64,000 nucleotides of DNA from assembly GCA_030265395.1 (NCBI GenBank), contig JARFYF010000074.1:66214295-66278294 (forward strand). Reading direction: 5' to 3'. A model generated the notes under the pieces. It made no database searches and was not told the DNA's origin. It saw nothing but the letters and a program-made list of their open reading frames with translations. Shown piece by piece: positions 36,991 through 51,300 of this stretch. How positions within the stretch are numbered: position 1 is the stretch's first letter; each line of letters opens with the position of its first letter. The DNA comes from Rhina ancylostomus. Taxonomy: Eukaryota. A program made the position numbers and the translations under genes.

Positions 36991-39900
36991 TGACTTCTTA
37001 TTGTAGACTTTGTGGCTGCTATAGTTAAGTTAATATAATACTTTACATAGCTCCAGGATGTCCAAAGTGCTTTGAAGACAATGAAGTACTTCTGAGGTGC
37101 AGTGTTTGTGAAAAGAACTCATCAGCTACCAAATTTCAAAATAACAGAAAAAGCCTATTTATTTCTAGTTATATTGTCACTAAGTAGTGGCCAAGACACA
37201 GAAGAACTTCCATACTCTGAAATACTGTGGTGAGGTTTTACTTATTTCAACCGGAGAAGGTAGACTGGGCCTCTGTTTACCAGCCTTGACAAGTTCACTG
37301 TGTTGAACTAAGATATATCTCCCACTCAAAGCTATGAAGTTCTTCATTTTCATTTTCTTCCCCAAGCTTATAAGCTTTTTAACTCTACGTCCCATTTAAA
37401 AGTACCTCTGACAAGAAAGCATTTCCTCTGTACTACAATGGAGAATTTACACTTATATTTGAAGCTTTATTCATCCATACTGCCCTGAATAATTAGCAGT
37501 ATATGCAGAGTGTTAATGTTAAAAGAACAGCACGTGTATAAAAAAAGGCATTTTCAAAGTGCTACAAGTATTTCAATAGTAGCCTCATTATGTGGATTCC
37601 AAGTAGGGTGCAAAAGAATAAGACAGAGATGTGAGTCGCATTCTCTATAGTTAAATAAGTACCCTTGAAGTATAGTCACATTTGCAATGTAAGAAAGGTC
37701 GCAGGCATTTTGTGCACAACAAGATCCCTTATACAGTACTGGGATAATCTGTAGGGGTAAATATTAGTAAGAAGAGTGGGAGAATTTCCACGCACTCCAT
37801 TGCACAGTGCCATGTGATGTCCATCTATAAAGGCCAGGCACACCTTCAATTTAACATCTCATCTGAGAGTTGCAGCCTTAACAAAGGCACCCAGAATTAA
37901 ATTAAACATCAACAATGGAAGCCATAAAGCTCAGAGATCATTGTGGGAGCCTTGTCTGCAGAGTAATGATGAGGCAAGGGATTTTACCATTGTCCTGAGT
38001 ATATTTAAATAATGTTACTTAAAATAACTTTTTCTTTGACCCACTTATTGCACCTTCCAAGAATTAAAGATCTGTAACCCAAGTTTTCCTTTTAGAAGGG
38101 TGCCAGGAATGTTGCTGAAATAGGTCATTGACTTTTTTGAGATGAATATATCTTTTAGATCTGTGCTTTTGTAAGTACAGTGGGATGCTATTTATTTTTT
38201 GAATTGTTGTTTAAGTCTGACGGGAATTTAGTTTGGCATTAAATAATCATTATTCATTTCAGAGACCAATAAGCAATCAATGAAATAATACTGCTGTTTT
38301 ATTGTTAGGAAAGAAATGGCCATAATTTATATTATCTCCAGATAGCAGCAATATTGAAAAGGGTACAAAGTCAGACAAGATAAAGCAAGATGTAATGGTG
38401 AAGTCAGGCCTGATTTGGCTGTAAAAGGCAAGTAGCTTGATGGAGAAATGCAAATGGAGTACTTTGCAATTTAGGTGGGTGCTATAACCTGGTTAGATGT
38501 GGTAGGGATAGAGAGAAAGTTGAAAGTAGTTGGGATGCCTCATTTGCCTCTTAGAAGGAACTAGATGATTAATTGCTATGAAGTATAAACAGGGACAACA
38601 AAGCTTTTAATACTGGAACGAGAAACTGAGAGAAATTGGATGTCAGAAGTATTGGTGGAATAGATGACAGTTGTTGTTTGTGCTGTTATTCCTGTATAAA
38701 AGTGCAAAGGAGATATTGGATCAGGCTCCATATTCAGTTATGGAACATGTGTCAGAGGACCAAGCCAATTTGGTTAACTGGTCATGTTGGGTATGCAATT
38801 CAGAATTAAGCTCATTCCAACACAAGCCCATTGTAGCATTATGTGGAGCAACAGCTGTTCCAGACTAACAAAAGGGACAGGAAAAAAAACTGTGTATAAT
38901 TTTACTTTAACATAAAAATGTAATATAATTACTATATAACTTTTATCTGGATTACTTGAAATAAAACTTAATTATACATCATTAAAAACAAATCAGGTGC
39001 TTTGCCGTTTGTGAAATTGATTGGGTTTAGCTAATTAATCTGCGAGTCAATTAACATACCATGTATCTACTCTTTTTGATATTTGGCTTAATTAAACTTC
39101 AATGACTACTGATACATCTTTATTTATTATCCATTCACCATGGAGGTTATTACTTTTCCCATTAAACTGAGAGTGAGGTGGTGGCCTGCTTTCTCCAGAT
39201 CAAGTCGCTCAACACAATTGAGTGGCTTGCTTGTCCATCAGAGGGCAGTGAGAGTTAATGACACTGGTGTGGACAGGATTCTCATATATACAGAAGAGGT
39301 AAGGACAATCAGTTGCATTCTCATAGAGATGAGTCAAACAGCTTCATTACGACAATCCTGAGCTTCAAGGACATTTTACTGAGGCCCATTTAAAATTTTC
39401 AGATTTGGAGAAAAATTAAATTCAAATTCTTAAATTGCCATGGTGGGATTTAAAAATCACATTCTATGGATTATTGCAAGTGAATGTACAGACAGTATAA
39501 CACAGGTGATATTTGTGCAGCGTCTGCACAAGCAAAGCAATGTTTTAAATATAGGATGTTGAGCCAAGAACTACAAACATCTGAACAGAGCTGAAAATGT
39601 GTTCATTATACTGAAGTGCTTGAATGCACGTTTTGGTGTATGTCTTGTAGTCCAGATGGAAAAGTGATGGGCCAGTATTGTTCATCCAGCCACAACTCCT
39701 CACTTTGCTTCTGATTGCCCTTTCATCCCCAGCCACTCAAGCAGCTTGATAGTAGCTTTTGCAGTCATGATAAATTATTTGGCCCTGAGCTGAGTTTCTG
39801 ATCCTCCACCACAATAATCACCTGTATTTGTGTCCGTAACATCTTGGTGTCTGCCCTGGCCTCAGCTCATCTGCAGCTAAGACAACCCATTCCAGATTCA

Positions 39901-41275
39901 ACTACCCAAGCACTCTCTAGGCTAGCATCTCATTTTCCATCTTTCATAAACTCTAGCTCATCCAAAATTCTAGTGTGCATATTCCACCCAATCACCCTGG
40001 AAAAAAATATGGAAGTCTTGCATTTCAATAGTACCTTTCATGACACCCTGAGGTACTTTACTGTCACTGATGTACTCTTTTAGAAATTGAACCACTCTTG
40101 TAATGTAGAAAACATTCTAACCAAGTTACACATAGCATGATCCCACAAAAAGCAATTTGATAATGACCAGATAAGCTCCTCTAGTTGACTGAGAGAAAAA
40201 AATGGCTAGAACTTCTCTGATCTTCTGTGGTGTAGTCTTGTGGCATCTCTGCTGTAAGCTGAGAGGGCTCTCTGGCCTTGGTTTAATATCTCTTGCGCAG
40301 GAATCATTGTACAGCAATCAAGAATCAACCTACTTTGAATTTAGGCCTCTGAAATGCGACGTGACCCATAATCTTCTGATCTAGAGATAACAGTGCGACC
40401 TATTGGTCCACGGCTGACATCCAATTTGTGCATTGTTCCTGTGGTTATGAACATATTCTGGCATAATCTGAATATATTTATTGAGAAAAAGCATTTCATC
40501 ATTATTTATCACTCTTCCCTTTACCCATTTTCTCCCATTTCTCTCTATTCCTGCTGATCTCAATCTTTCACATTTCCTTTCCTAATTGTTCTTTTCCCAG
40601 TCCTCCCCTTCCAAGCTCTCTCCATTCCACTCTCTAAAATAGAATTTCTTCCTTATTTTTCTCAATCTCCCTGTTCTTTCCTCTCTCTTTCTTTCCCAGT
40701 GCTAACCCAATCTTCATTCCCCACCCACTTCCTATCTCTCTTCCTGTTCCCATTCTTTCTCTCACCCATTTTCTTCCACTCTTTTCATTTTAAGAAAATG
40801 TTTCTTTAACATTCCAGACTTACTTCACCTTATTTCCTGAAAGATGTGACTAATTAAACTCAGCTTAATCCCTTGTCTCCGAGATCACTGGTGGGAACAG
40901 CTTGGAAGAATTAGTGCCTATGAATTGGGTTTCACCTTTTTTTGATGTGCAATATATGTGCAAACATCTGATCAGATCCCCTGCACAGATTCATGAAATT
41001 GGACAAAAGTAGATTAGAAACAGCATCATTGTAGTTGGACCACATTGGTGGGGGTGGGGTGGATTGCAGGGGGTCCACACAACTGTACTGCTTCAAAGTG
41101 AGGACAAAGGATGGTTTCATGACCAGAATGACACACATGCTCAGCAAGATGATTGGCAGCTATTGGACCTTACTCGACAAATGCAGGCACATCCATCTCC
41201 AAGCTCTTGCATGCATACTTCTTCGCAAAGGCTCAATGACAATCCCATCACACAGTGTCTATGGGTTCAGGTGAC

Positions 41276-41632
41276 AGAATCATAGGGTTATACAGCATGG
41301 AAACAGGCCCTTCGACCCACCTATTCTGCACTGACCATCAGGCACCCATTCACACTATTTCCACACTAATCCATTTTTATTTACCACATTCCTATCAACT
41401 CTCCCCAGATTTTCCCACTCACCTACACACTAAGGGCAATTTACAGAGGCTAATTAACCTACCGATCCATATGTTTTGAGAGTGTAAGAGGAAACCAGAG
41501 CAACTGGGAGAAACCCAGTTGGTCACAGGGTGACTGTGCAAAGTTCACACAGACAACATTGGAGGTCAGGATTGAACCTAGGTTGTTAGATCAGTGATGC
41601 AGAAGCTGAACTAGCTGCTTCACTGTGCTGCT
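41276..41632 (-). mobile_element. HE1-like V-SINE with CR1-derived tail
   Basis: ggaggtcaggattgaacc reversed B box; gggcaatttaca..gctaattaaccta; tail acagcatggaaacaggcccttcg. Confidence 0.8.
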
Positions 41633-41759
41633 CCACAGCTGCTGTGAAGACACAGACAGGGGCCATAAAAAATACTACGGTTTCCATACAGTCTCATGCT
41701 AATCCAGCTGGAGATCTGGCCTCTACTTCTAGGGAGCAGCTCGAAGCAGTTCAGGAACT

Positions 41760-41907
41760 GCTTTCAAGAGACTGTTAGATAGGTACATGGAGCTAAGTAA
41801 AATAGAGGGCTATAGGTAAGCAGAGTAACTTCTAGGGTAGGGACATGTTCGGCACAGCTTTGTGGGCCGAAGGGCCTGAATTGTGCCGTAGTTTTCTATG
41901 TTTCTAC
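41760..41907 (+). mobile_element. CR1 3' end fragment
   Basis: ttcaagagactgttagataggtacatggagct...gggccgaagggcctgaattgtgccgtag, near-identical to 60570-60700. Confidence 0.85.
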
Positions 41908-42019
41908 ATGTGAGTGATCAGACCACCATGGTAAGGGTTAGATACTGGTTCCAAGACAACATGCTTTGATCTGGCGGTCATGGGACATTAACCTTCATGA
42001 TACAGTGAAAGGAGCCTCT

Positions 42020-42275
42020 GGTCAACACGTCCAGTGCAGCACTCCACCAATACTGCATCGCCAGACCAGCCCAGACCTGAAAGCTCCCGTCTCTGGAGCT
42101 GGAGTTGACACAGAGGACCGAGGCTGCCTCTGACTCCCAGCCCGCCAGGGTCCGGGTGGCACCCTGACCTTGGGCGACGTCGGCGGCGGCACCATCAGTG
42201 AAGAGAGACCACCACCCACACGCGCCAAGCGAGGTGTAGCAGCCATGTTAGTGAGGTCAGGTTAGCGAGGTCAGC
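42020..42275. promoter_or_regulatory. Small GC/CpG-rich patch, a possible promoter or first exon (MAATPRLARVGGGLSSLMVPPPTSPK on the minus strand)
   Basis: Roughly 16 CpGs in ~250 bp by eye in a CpG-poor window. Minus-strand aacATGGCTGC at 42246 with an upstream in-frame stop, and a donor-like AAG|gtcagg at 42169. The left part overlaps a reversed SINE head. Confidence 0.3.
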
Positions 42276-42598
42276 CATGCAGGAGCTGGGGTTGGAAGGC
42301 CTGTGATGTCCAGCACAGAGAGGAACTCAAAGCACAGAAGGCTGGAGCAAAGGAACATTAACCACCGAGAGCAGTCAGCTACCTCACCTCAGGTCAGCTT
42401 GGGATAGAACATGGAACAGTACAGCACAATACAGGCCCTTCGGTTCACAATGTTGTGCCAACCTTTAAACCTCGCCTAAGACTATCTAACCCCTTCCTNN
42501 NNNNNNNNNNNNNNNNNNNNNNNNNNNNNNNNNNNNNNNNNNNNNNNNNNNNNNNNNNNNNNNNNNNNNNNNNNNNNNNNNNNNNNNNNNNNNNNNNN

Positions 42599-42965
42599 TC
42601 AGCCAGCTCCATCACAGACACAACCCTCCCTACCATCAAGGACACTTCAAGAGGTGGTGCCTCAAGGCAGCGGCATCTATCATTAAGGACTCTCACCACC
42701 TGGGACATGCCCTCTTCTCATTACCACCATCAGGGAGAAGGTATAGGAGCCTGAAGACCCAAAATTAATGATTCAGGAACAGCTTCTTCCCCTCCAATAT
42801 CAGATTTCTGAATGATCCATGAACCCATGAACACTACTTCATTATTCCTTTGTCCCACTATTTATTTATTTTTGTCATTTGTAGATTTTAATGTCTTTGC
42901 ACTATACTGCTGTCACAAAACAACAAATTTCACATCATATGGCAGTGATAATAAATCTGAATTTG
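42599..42965 (+). mobile_element. Rex1/Babar-type LINE 3' end
   Basis: Translates to AASIIKDSHHLGHALFSLPPSGRRYRSLK..FRNSFFP; tail gataataaatctgaatttga. Confidence 0.8.
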
Positions 42966-43571
42966 ATACAAAGCTCCTGCAGGAAGAGGGAAATAACACT
43001 TGGAGATTTGATACACCTCTGCCGGAGTGAGGATATGCCCATCATTTCCCCCACTTCACAGTCACCTTCATTTTGAGCGGAGTCCCGCTCAGTGTGCATA
43101 GAAAGTTTACTTTGAGGAGGAGAGTGAAGACAGCAGGGTTCAGACATCTGTGGTTCAGAAAATGTCAGCCAGATTAGCTCCAGGCCTGGACATGGAGGTG
43201 ACAGCAGGAATGTCTGAGTGCCAGCAAATGGTTGCACTATTGACTCCTGTCCCATGGAAGGTCTTCTAGTGTGCAAGTTCAGGATATTGATAGTCTCCCT
43301 TGACCAAGGTACTTATTCAACTCTCAGCATGGCCTTTCAGGCAGCTTGTTCATACATGTTTCAGAGCCAGCTATCACAAAATACTCTTTCATTTGGCTTT
43401 GGGCTTCAGTCTGAAGCTGGTCCACCCTTTGCAGGAGCTTCTCGTGGATCATCAAGGATCACGTATCATCACAATGGGCAAGGGAGCAATTGAGCAGACC
43501 CACAGCAGTCAGACCACAGCTATATACCAAACATTGTACCATAGCACAAGGAATTTGAAGCCTACAATATA

Positions 43572-45590
43572 ATCATATAGAAAGGAAACAGGCCCTTCAG
43601 CCCAACTGGTCCATGCCGACCAAGCTGCCCCATCCAAGCTAGTCCCATTCGCCAGCGTTTAGCCCATTACCTTCTAAACTTTTCCTAACCGTGTACCTGT
43701 CCAACTCTCTTTTCAAAGTTGTTATTGTACACAATTCCACCACTTCCTCTGGCTGTCATGGTTCCGAGTGCTGGACCTCGATTCAGCTCCATTGATGGTA
43801 CCTCGTTGTACAGCACATGGATTCCATGCACTACTAATCACAACACAATATACACCTGAGCCCCATCAGGAGATTAGCATAAGAGCCCTGGTTTCACTAG
43901 CACTAGTTGTCAGAGTATTGGTCAACCTTTGGGTATATTTTGTCTCCTGGCTGCTTAGAGCTGTCAACTCTAGAGCAGTCCTAGTTTCACTGTTCTGCTT
44001 AGGATATCCAGTTTTTGTGTTGGGACCCCACCTCAGAGCCCAGAAGCAAGATTCCTTCCAGATGCCACCTGTGTTTTGGCTCTGAGGAAACATCCTGACT
44101 CCAGTCTCGTACCAGTACGCTGCATCTGGGTTATCTGTGAGCTTGCTCTTTGCTTGACATTGTGACACTGGCAACTCATTCCACATACGCACCACCCTTT
44201 GTGTAAAAAGCATTGCCCTTTATGTTCCTATTAAATCTTTCCCCTCTCACCTTAATCCTGTGCCCTCTAGTTCTGGATTCCCCAGTCCTGGAATAAAGAT
44301 TGAGTGCATTCACCCTATCTATGCCCCTCATGATTTTATACACCTAATAAGATCACCTCTCAGTCTCCTATGCTTGAAGGAATGAAGTCCTAGCCTGTCC
44401 AACCTCTCCCTATAATTCAGTCCCTCAAGTCTTGGTAGCATCCTTCTAAATCTCTTCTGCACTCTTTCCGGTTTAATAACATCTTTCCTAGAGCAGGATA
44501 ACCAAANNNNNNNNNNAGTTAACTATGTACTTGTACTCCTAGGATTCCCTGTTCTACAACATTTCCCAAGGCCCTCTTGTTCTCTGTGAAAGTCCTACCT
44601 TGATTTGACTTTCCAAAATGCAACACCTCACAACAACTCCCTTTGCCATTCCTCAGTCCACTTACTCAGCTGATCAAGATTCCTCTGTAGTTTTTGATCA
44701 TTATCTTCACTATACCACCTATTTCAGTGTCATCTGCAAACTTACTAACCACGGTTTGTACATTCATATCCAAATTGTTGAATTAGATGACAAACAACAA
44801 TAGGCCCAGAACTGACCCCTGAGGCACATTTCTAGTTGCAAGCCTCCAGTCTGAGAAACAACCTTCCAGCATCACCCTCTGCTCCCTACCATCAAGCCAA
44901 TTGTGTATTCAATTAGCCAACTCTCCCTGGATTCCATGCGATCTGACCTTCCAGAACAGCTTCCTATGTGGAACCTTATCAAAGGCCTTATTGAAGTACA
45001 TACAGACTAAGTCTACCACCGTGTCCTCATCGACTATCTCGGTCACATCATCAAGAAGCTCAATCAAGTTCGTAAGGCATGATCTCCCACACACAAAGCT
45101 GTGCTGTCTACCCTTAATCAACCCCTGTCTTTCAAGATGCATGTATATCTTATCCTTCAGAATTCTCACCAGTAACTTATCTATCACAGATGTTAGATTT
45201 ACTGGTCAATAGTTACCAGGTTTTTCTTTCCACCTTTCTTAAGTCTACCGGCACCTTACCCATGGCTAATGATGATGCAAATATCTCATCCATTTCTTCT
45301 CTAGCCTCCCACAGTGTCCTTGGATATATCTGATCAGGCCCTGGAGATTTATCTATCTTCATAAATTTTAAGACATTCAGCACCTCCTCTACTGTAATGT
45401 GGACTATACCCAATTCCCCTTTCCCTCATTCTGAAGTCTTCATGTCTTTCTCCACAGTAAAACCAGTGGAGAAACATTCATTAAGGACCTCACCTATCTC
45501 CTGCAGCTCCACAAAAATGTTTACTTTGGTCTTTGAGGGGCCCTCTTCTCTCTTTAGTTACTCTTTTTCCCTTAATATAAAATTAGAGGA
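43572..45590 (-). mobile_element. CR1 LINE RT and 3' end, internally deleted, interrupted by solo-LTR copy 4
   Basis: MKIDKSPGPDQIYPRTLWE, GRSCLTNLIELLDDVT, YFNKAFDKVPH, LFTQRVVRMWNELP. Confidence 0.95.
43754..44167. mobile_element. Solo-LTR family copy 4, complete (414 bp), opposite orientation, diverged subfamily
   Basis: TGTCA...TGACA termini; 5-bp TSD CTGGC at 43749-43753 and 44168-44172. Both ends are reverse-complement homologues of copies 2 and 3. Confidence 0.92.
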
Positions 45591-47789
45591 TATTTGAGAG
45601 CCTGCAGTCATTTATGGAGCTGACAGATTTCCCAAGATCTGCTCAAAAATGCTCCCCGTTATACTGGAACTGCTCAATAATGGTTATAGGTTGTACTCAA
45701 AAGCTCCAATTTATGTCAGCAGTGGAGGAATTGTGCAGTGTGTGACTCATGCCATCATTAGGTGTGTGACTTGATGCCAAGCAATTATCTGTTGTGCTAA
45801 TATATATCAAGCACAGAAGTATGCAGGCTGATGTCTCAATGGGTGAGATTTCACTGGGAAGGGATGGTCGGCATGATTTTACTCAGGGTATAATCACTAT
45901 GTGCAATTTGCACATGAAAAACATGCACAAATTGATCCAATTTCTAAGCTGAGATCTCTGAATAGTTCAAATCCAACTCCAAAAGTTTTATCTAACCATC
46001 CAACTATGTGCCAGAATATAGACTGGTTGTATCCTTGTACAATCTTTCTGCTGAAATAGACCAACAAATTGGCACGCAATAGTAGAATATCTTTTTTTCT
46101 GTGTTTTTGGCAGCTCAACCATTGATGGGCTTTAGCATCAGATGGTTTTTATTTTTAGTAGCAGTGCAAGAGAAATAGAATACCGAGCTAAGATAAACAA
46201 TTATCATTGCTTTGTGGAGAAGTAGGCAGCTAGATATAAGGGGCTACATAGCAAGCACATATAAATGATATAGAACTCGTAATATTTTATTGGAGACTCT
46301 GCAAGTTAGGTTTTATGCTGTTGGAGATTTTACCTACAACAATGGTATTCTTCAATCAGCTACATTCCTGCACTAGCCTGTTCTCAAACCCAGCAATATT
46401 TGACACCCAGTACACTATCTGAATGATTGTTCACTCCTTATTTACATGGAATGTACAGCACAGCCAAAGAATAACTGGTACAATTACTCATGCTTCACTA
46501 GAGCTAAATCTCATCCTGCTTCATCTAATGCTATTCAGTATATCCTTCCTGTACTTTCTCCCCCAGGTACTATTTACCCTCCTGGATGATGGAATCAAAG
46601 GCTTTGATGAGGTTGATAAAAGCAATGCAAAGTCATCTCATCAGGCAGCTCCTGCCCCATCTGTGGTAGAGTCTATGAGCCCTATTTTAGTCTCAGCAGT
46701 CACCTCAAAACCAACATAACCAAAGTACAAACAAGTTGTCCTCTTTCCCGAGGGATCATCTAAGAAGACTTCCTAACCTCTCATTAAATGCATTCACATT
46801 ATTTGCCTCAACTATTCCTTTTAGCATTGCCTATTCTAATCACTCAGAATAAAAAAGTTTATTCTGCATTCCCCATTGAATTTATTAGTGGCTATCATAG
46901 AGATAAAACCCCGAGCTTCAGACCCCTTCAAGAGGTTACATCTGTTTCACAAATGTTTATTAGGGATAGATTTGACCAAGGTATCAGGGAAGGATCCCCT
47001 GTTCTTCAAAATAGTGCCCTTTCACAACCTTGAAGTCTACCTCAGGTCACCACTCGATCTTCTCTGTTCCAGAGGACAGACACCCTTCTGCCCTGCTTTT
47101 TATGATAACATCTCTGATCTGGGTCTCTCTTGTATCTTGCATCCCTTGTATCTCGCACTTCATGCATCTCCTTCAGGACTCCATATCCTCTGCAGCCCAA
47201 ATACGTTGTACCTGAGAGGCTCATTCCTAATCCTTGGTCAGAGAAATCATCCTTCGATGCAGATCATACCCTCTACCTTCCCTTTTGAGTTGCAAGTAAA
47301 AATGTTTGAGTGCTGACACAATCCAATCAGGACTGTAGATCCCATCACATTTGTTTTTATTCTTCTTTGACTACTTAGAGACCAAGTGATGGATTTACTC
47401 CATACACATACAGGCACACACTGAGTGACTTTATAAGTATAAACCCAATGCTAAGCCACAACATTTCACCCTCTGTTGCAACCAGGCAGCATAATTTGCC
47501 CTCTGGGACTGGTATGGCTGAACATTTGATATAAGCAAAACATCTCCCACACAGATTTTAATTTATAATAAGCCCCTATGGTAAGTCCTGTTTCATTCTG
47601 GAGTTCATCAATGGAAAATGTTTCAAGTTGACATCTAATAAAGAGTTCAACCTCTGACCTACATTGTTTCACATTCTGGCAATGTCTTGACTTTTAAGAA
47701 AATCTTGTCGTTACATTTAAATCTCTCCATGGATTCACTTCTCCTTATACCTGTAACCTGCTTTCTAACCATTCCATTGCTCCACTACT

Positions 47790-48310
47790 GGCAGCCTACC
47801 AGCTCTGCCATTCAATAAGATTATGGTTGATCTGAAACTCCAGGACATCTTACCCCACACCAACCACATCTACCTAAATTCCCCTGATATCCAAAAATAT
47901 ATCACTCTCTCTCTTGAATATATTTAGTGACTGAGTCTCCATAGCCCTTTTGGGAAGACAATTCCAAAGAATCATCATCTATTGGAAGAAGAAACTTCTC
48001 CTCATCTGTGCCCAGAGTGGTCAGTCAGACCCTGGTTCTAGACACACCACACAGAAGAACCACCTGCCCTCCATTTATCCTGTCAACTCCCATAAAAATT
48101 TTTGTGTATTTCCATGAGATCCCCTCTTGTCCTTCAAACCATCAGAGTTTATAGGCCAATTTGCATTCCTTGCAGGACAATCCCCTCATCCCAGGAATCA
48201 ATCTGGTGAATCCTTCTTTAGGTGGATTGGGAATATTCCTTAGGAATGGGAATATTCCAACTGTGATCTCACCAGAGCCCTAGAGCTTTATAACGAGATG
48301 TCTTTACTCT
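47790..48310 (-). mobile_element. Old CR1 3' fragment
   Basis: ctctgccattcaataagattatggttgatctg; gaagaagaaacttctcctcatct; atcccaggaatcaatctggtgaatc. Confidence 0.75.
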
Positions 48311-51300
48311 TGCCACATTGTCAGGGAAAATCACTTTCAAATGAGATATTAAGCCATGGCCCCACCAGAAATGTTTATAAGAAATCACATGTCACTATTT
48401 TGAAGAACAGGGGACCTTTCCTTGATGTCTTGTTCAATATCTATCCCTGAATTGACGTTCTTAAAACATATGAGGTGATCTTTATCACAATGTTGTTTAT
48501 GGGACCCTGCTGTGTGCAATTTGGCTACTGTGTTTCCTGCATTGCAACTGTGACTACATGTCAGAAGTAATTAACTGGTTTCAAACCATTAGGACCTGAG
48601 GTCAGGGAAGGCATGTATAGATGCAAGCCATTTTATCCATTTTAAAAATCTGAACCTTCTCTAGGTGTCCAGCACAATATTCACCTGGCAACCAAAGCCT
48701 AAACAGACAATGTGGTCATCTTTCTCCTTTCTGCATTAATGACCCTTGTGACTAAGAGCTGAAAGTGACAACAGTACTGTGTACTGTGAAAACTTAAAAA
48801 TGGATGAGTTTAGACAGTGCCACAAACTTCCATTAAAAACGTTCTCTACAGCATTGTTTGTCTGGAAAAAGTTGAATGCTTATTGCCAATTTTCACCATG
48901 AAAGATTCAGATTTTAATTGCAGGGAGCAACATAATTCTCAAGAGTCCAGGCTGAGCTCTGCTACAGCTACTGTTGCTGCTGCGTTTTCACTGAACCAAA
49001 AACTCTTTCATTTCAATGCTCAAATAACGATAGTTTGCTGTCTCTTGGGGGGTCATTCTCACTTAAGGCAGAAAAGGTGCATGGGTCTCATGGCAAAGAC
49101 TTGAATGTTTAAACAGTGTGCTTTTTATCTTTTCCTAATGTACTGCTGTGACTGTGAATGGAANNNNNNNNNNNNNNNNNNNNNNNNNNNNNNNNNNNNN
49201 NNNNNNNNNATGCTTAAAATAGTATTGCCAATATACACAAAATGGTCAGAACTTCCTGTTTTATTCTATTATTAGCAAAACATAGATTATTTCCTTGTAA
49301 ACTATTGCTGGGGATGTTGCAGAGTTGTGGTGATGTCACTGTACTACTGACTCAGATGCCTTTAAGGCAGGTTGAAAATTTAAATGTGGTATAAAAGAGA
49401 AACAAGAAATATAATACTGGTCTGGTGTTTATGTTATCAGATGTGAAATCCAATAACATCAACGTATAATGTAGTGAATATGTATTTAATCCCACTCTGG
49501 CAGATTGAGAATCCATATCTAAAAGGCACAGCCAACATATTTGAATGTGGCTATGGAGCTGTCAGCTCCTCACAGAAACCAAACAATCACTAATATCCTT
49601 CAGAGAAAGAAAATTGCCACTCCTACAGTGTCCATTGTATATGTGATTCCTGTCAGATACTGACACAGATGACTCATGATAATCATCTGGAATGATTTTC
49701 CAAGCTACAAACTGATACCACATGGACCAAAATAATTCAACTTTTTAGGAGCACTGGCCTTAACTGTGCAAAGGATGTTTTTTAAAAACAATGGCCTAAA
49801 AGTCTGCTCACAAAACTCAAAACAAAACCAGGAGCNNNNNNNNNNNNNNNNNNNNNNNNNNNNNNNNNNNNNNNNNNNNNNNNNNNNNNNNNNNNNNNNN
49901 NNNNNNNNNNNNNNNAGGTAGCATCTACAGAGGGATGTCTTCAAAACAAAGTGAGCAGTGTGCAGTTGGAAATTGTCTTCATGTGGAAGTGCAGCAATTT
50001 TGTGTACCTTTCCAGGGTTTAGTGCCCATGAGGAAACTAAAACCCCAAAAAGGTGCACAAAATGTATTACTATTATCTCAATATTATTATCAATTATCTC
50101 ATTATTTGCTCATTATCTCATTATAAGTTTGCTCTCCCAGGCAGTTTTTATTTCTCGTATAAAATTCACTCAAATGGGGATGACAACAGAAATGTAATAA
50201 GCAAAACTCATCTTCAGTGACCTATTCAACCTCAGTGATCTGAGCAAACAGTTCTGTTTGTTAAAGGACGACAACTTCAAGAACTCACAACATATCATTC
50301 AGAAACATTGAGCTGAAATCGACAAGGTCAATCTTATACATGGAAACCCATCAATGTTGTTTTCTGTGAACTTCACAACTTATGTTCTTACTCTTTATGC
50401 AACCTGTAGACACTTCAATGTTGTTTTAAAAGCAGTAATGCATTTCCAGCTCCGAGTATTTCTGCCAAGACTGTCAGCCAATAAATTGAAGGTGGGACAG
50501 GGTGAGTGTCTGACTCAACAAAGTGGTTATCATACAATAAACAATGTCAATGTACTCCATAAATGTACAATTTAAAGACTGAAGGAAGCAAACTATAACA
50601 GCATCTCCCAATAAAAGAAGGATAATTTTTCTAGAAAAATTCTAGGAGTGAAGCATGGCTATGTATAAATTACATGCAAAAACACAATCACAGTCATTAT
50701 GTCACCAAGCTTGATTAACAGAGGAATTTCCTAATTATCTCTGCTCTGGCTGAAAAAGCACTGTTACTTTAAACGGCCTTTTAAAATGGAGGCAGTTATT
50801 AACTTCTGTGTCTCTGGCCTTTTTTCGCTATTCCTGCTGTGGTCTTCGGGAGCACTAGCCAATACAGAAACAGCTGACATACAGTAGTTATTTTTTCATT
50901 TTAACTCAGTTTCCTTGCCTACACCTTAANNNNNNNNNNNNNNNNNNNNNNNNNNNNNNNNNNNNNNNNNNNNNNNNNNNNNNNNNNNNNNNNNNNNNNN
51001 NNNNNNNNNNNNNNNNNNNNNNNNNNNNNNNNNNNNNNNNNNNNNNNNNNNNNNNNNNNNNNNNNNNNNNNNNNNNNNNNNNNNNNNNNNNNNNNNNNNN
51101 NNNNNNNNNNNNNNNNNNNNNNNNNNNNNNNNNNNNNNNNNNNNNNNNNNNNNNNNNNNNNNNNNNNNNNNNNNNNNNNNNNNNNNNNNNNNNNNNNNNN
51201 NNNNNNNNNNNNNNNNNNNNNNNNNNNNNAAAAATGTGCTTAGCTTAGGAATGCAGCCAACACAAAACATACTAAAGATTAAAATAAAATATGCTTGATC

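Noticed and set aside
48229-48258. Two GGGAATATTCC palindromic, NF-kB-like motifs
   Set aside because: A local duplication inside a decayed CR1, with no supporting context.
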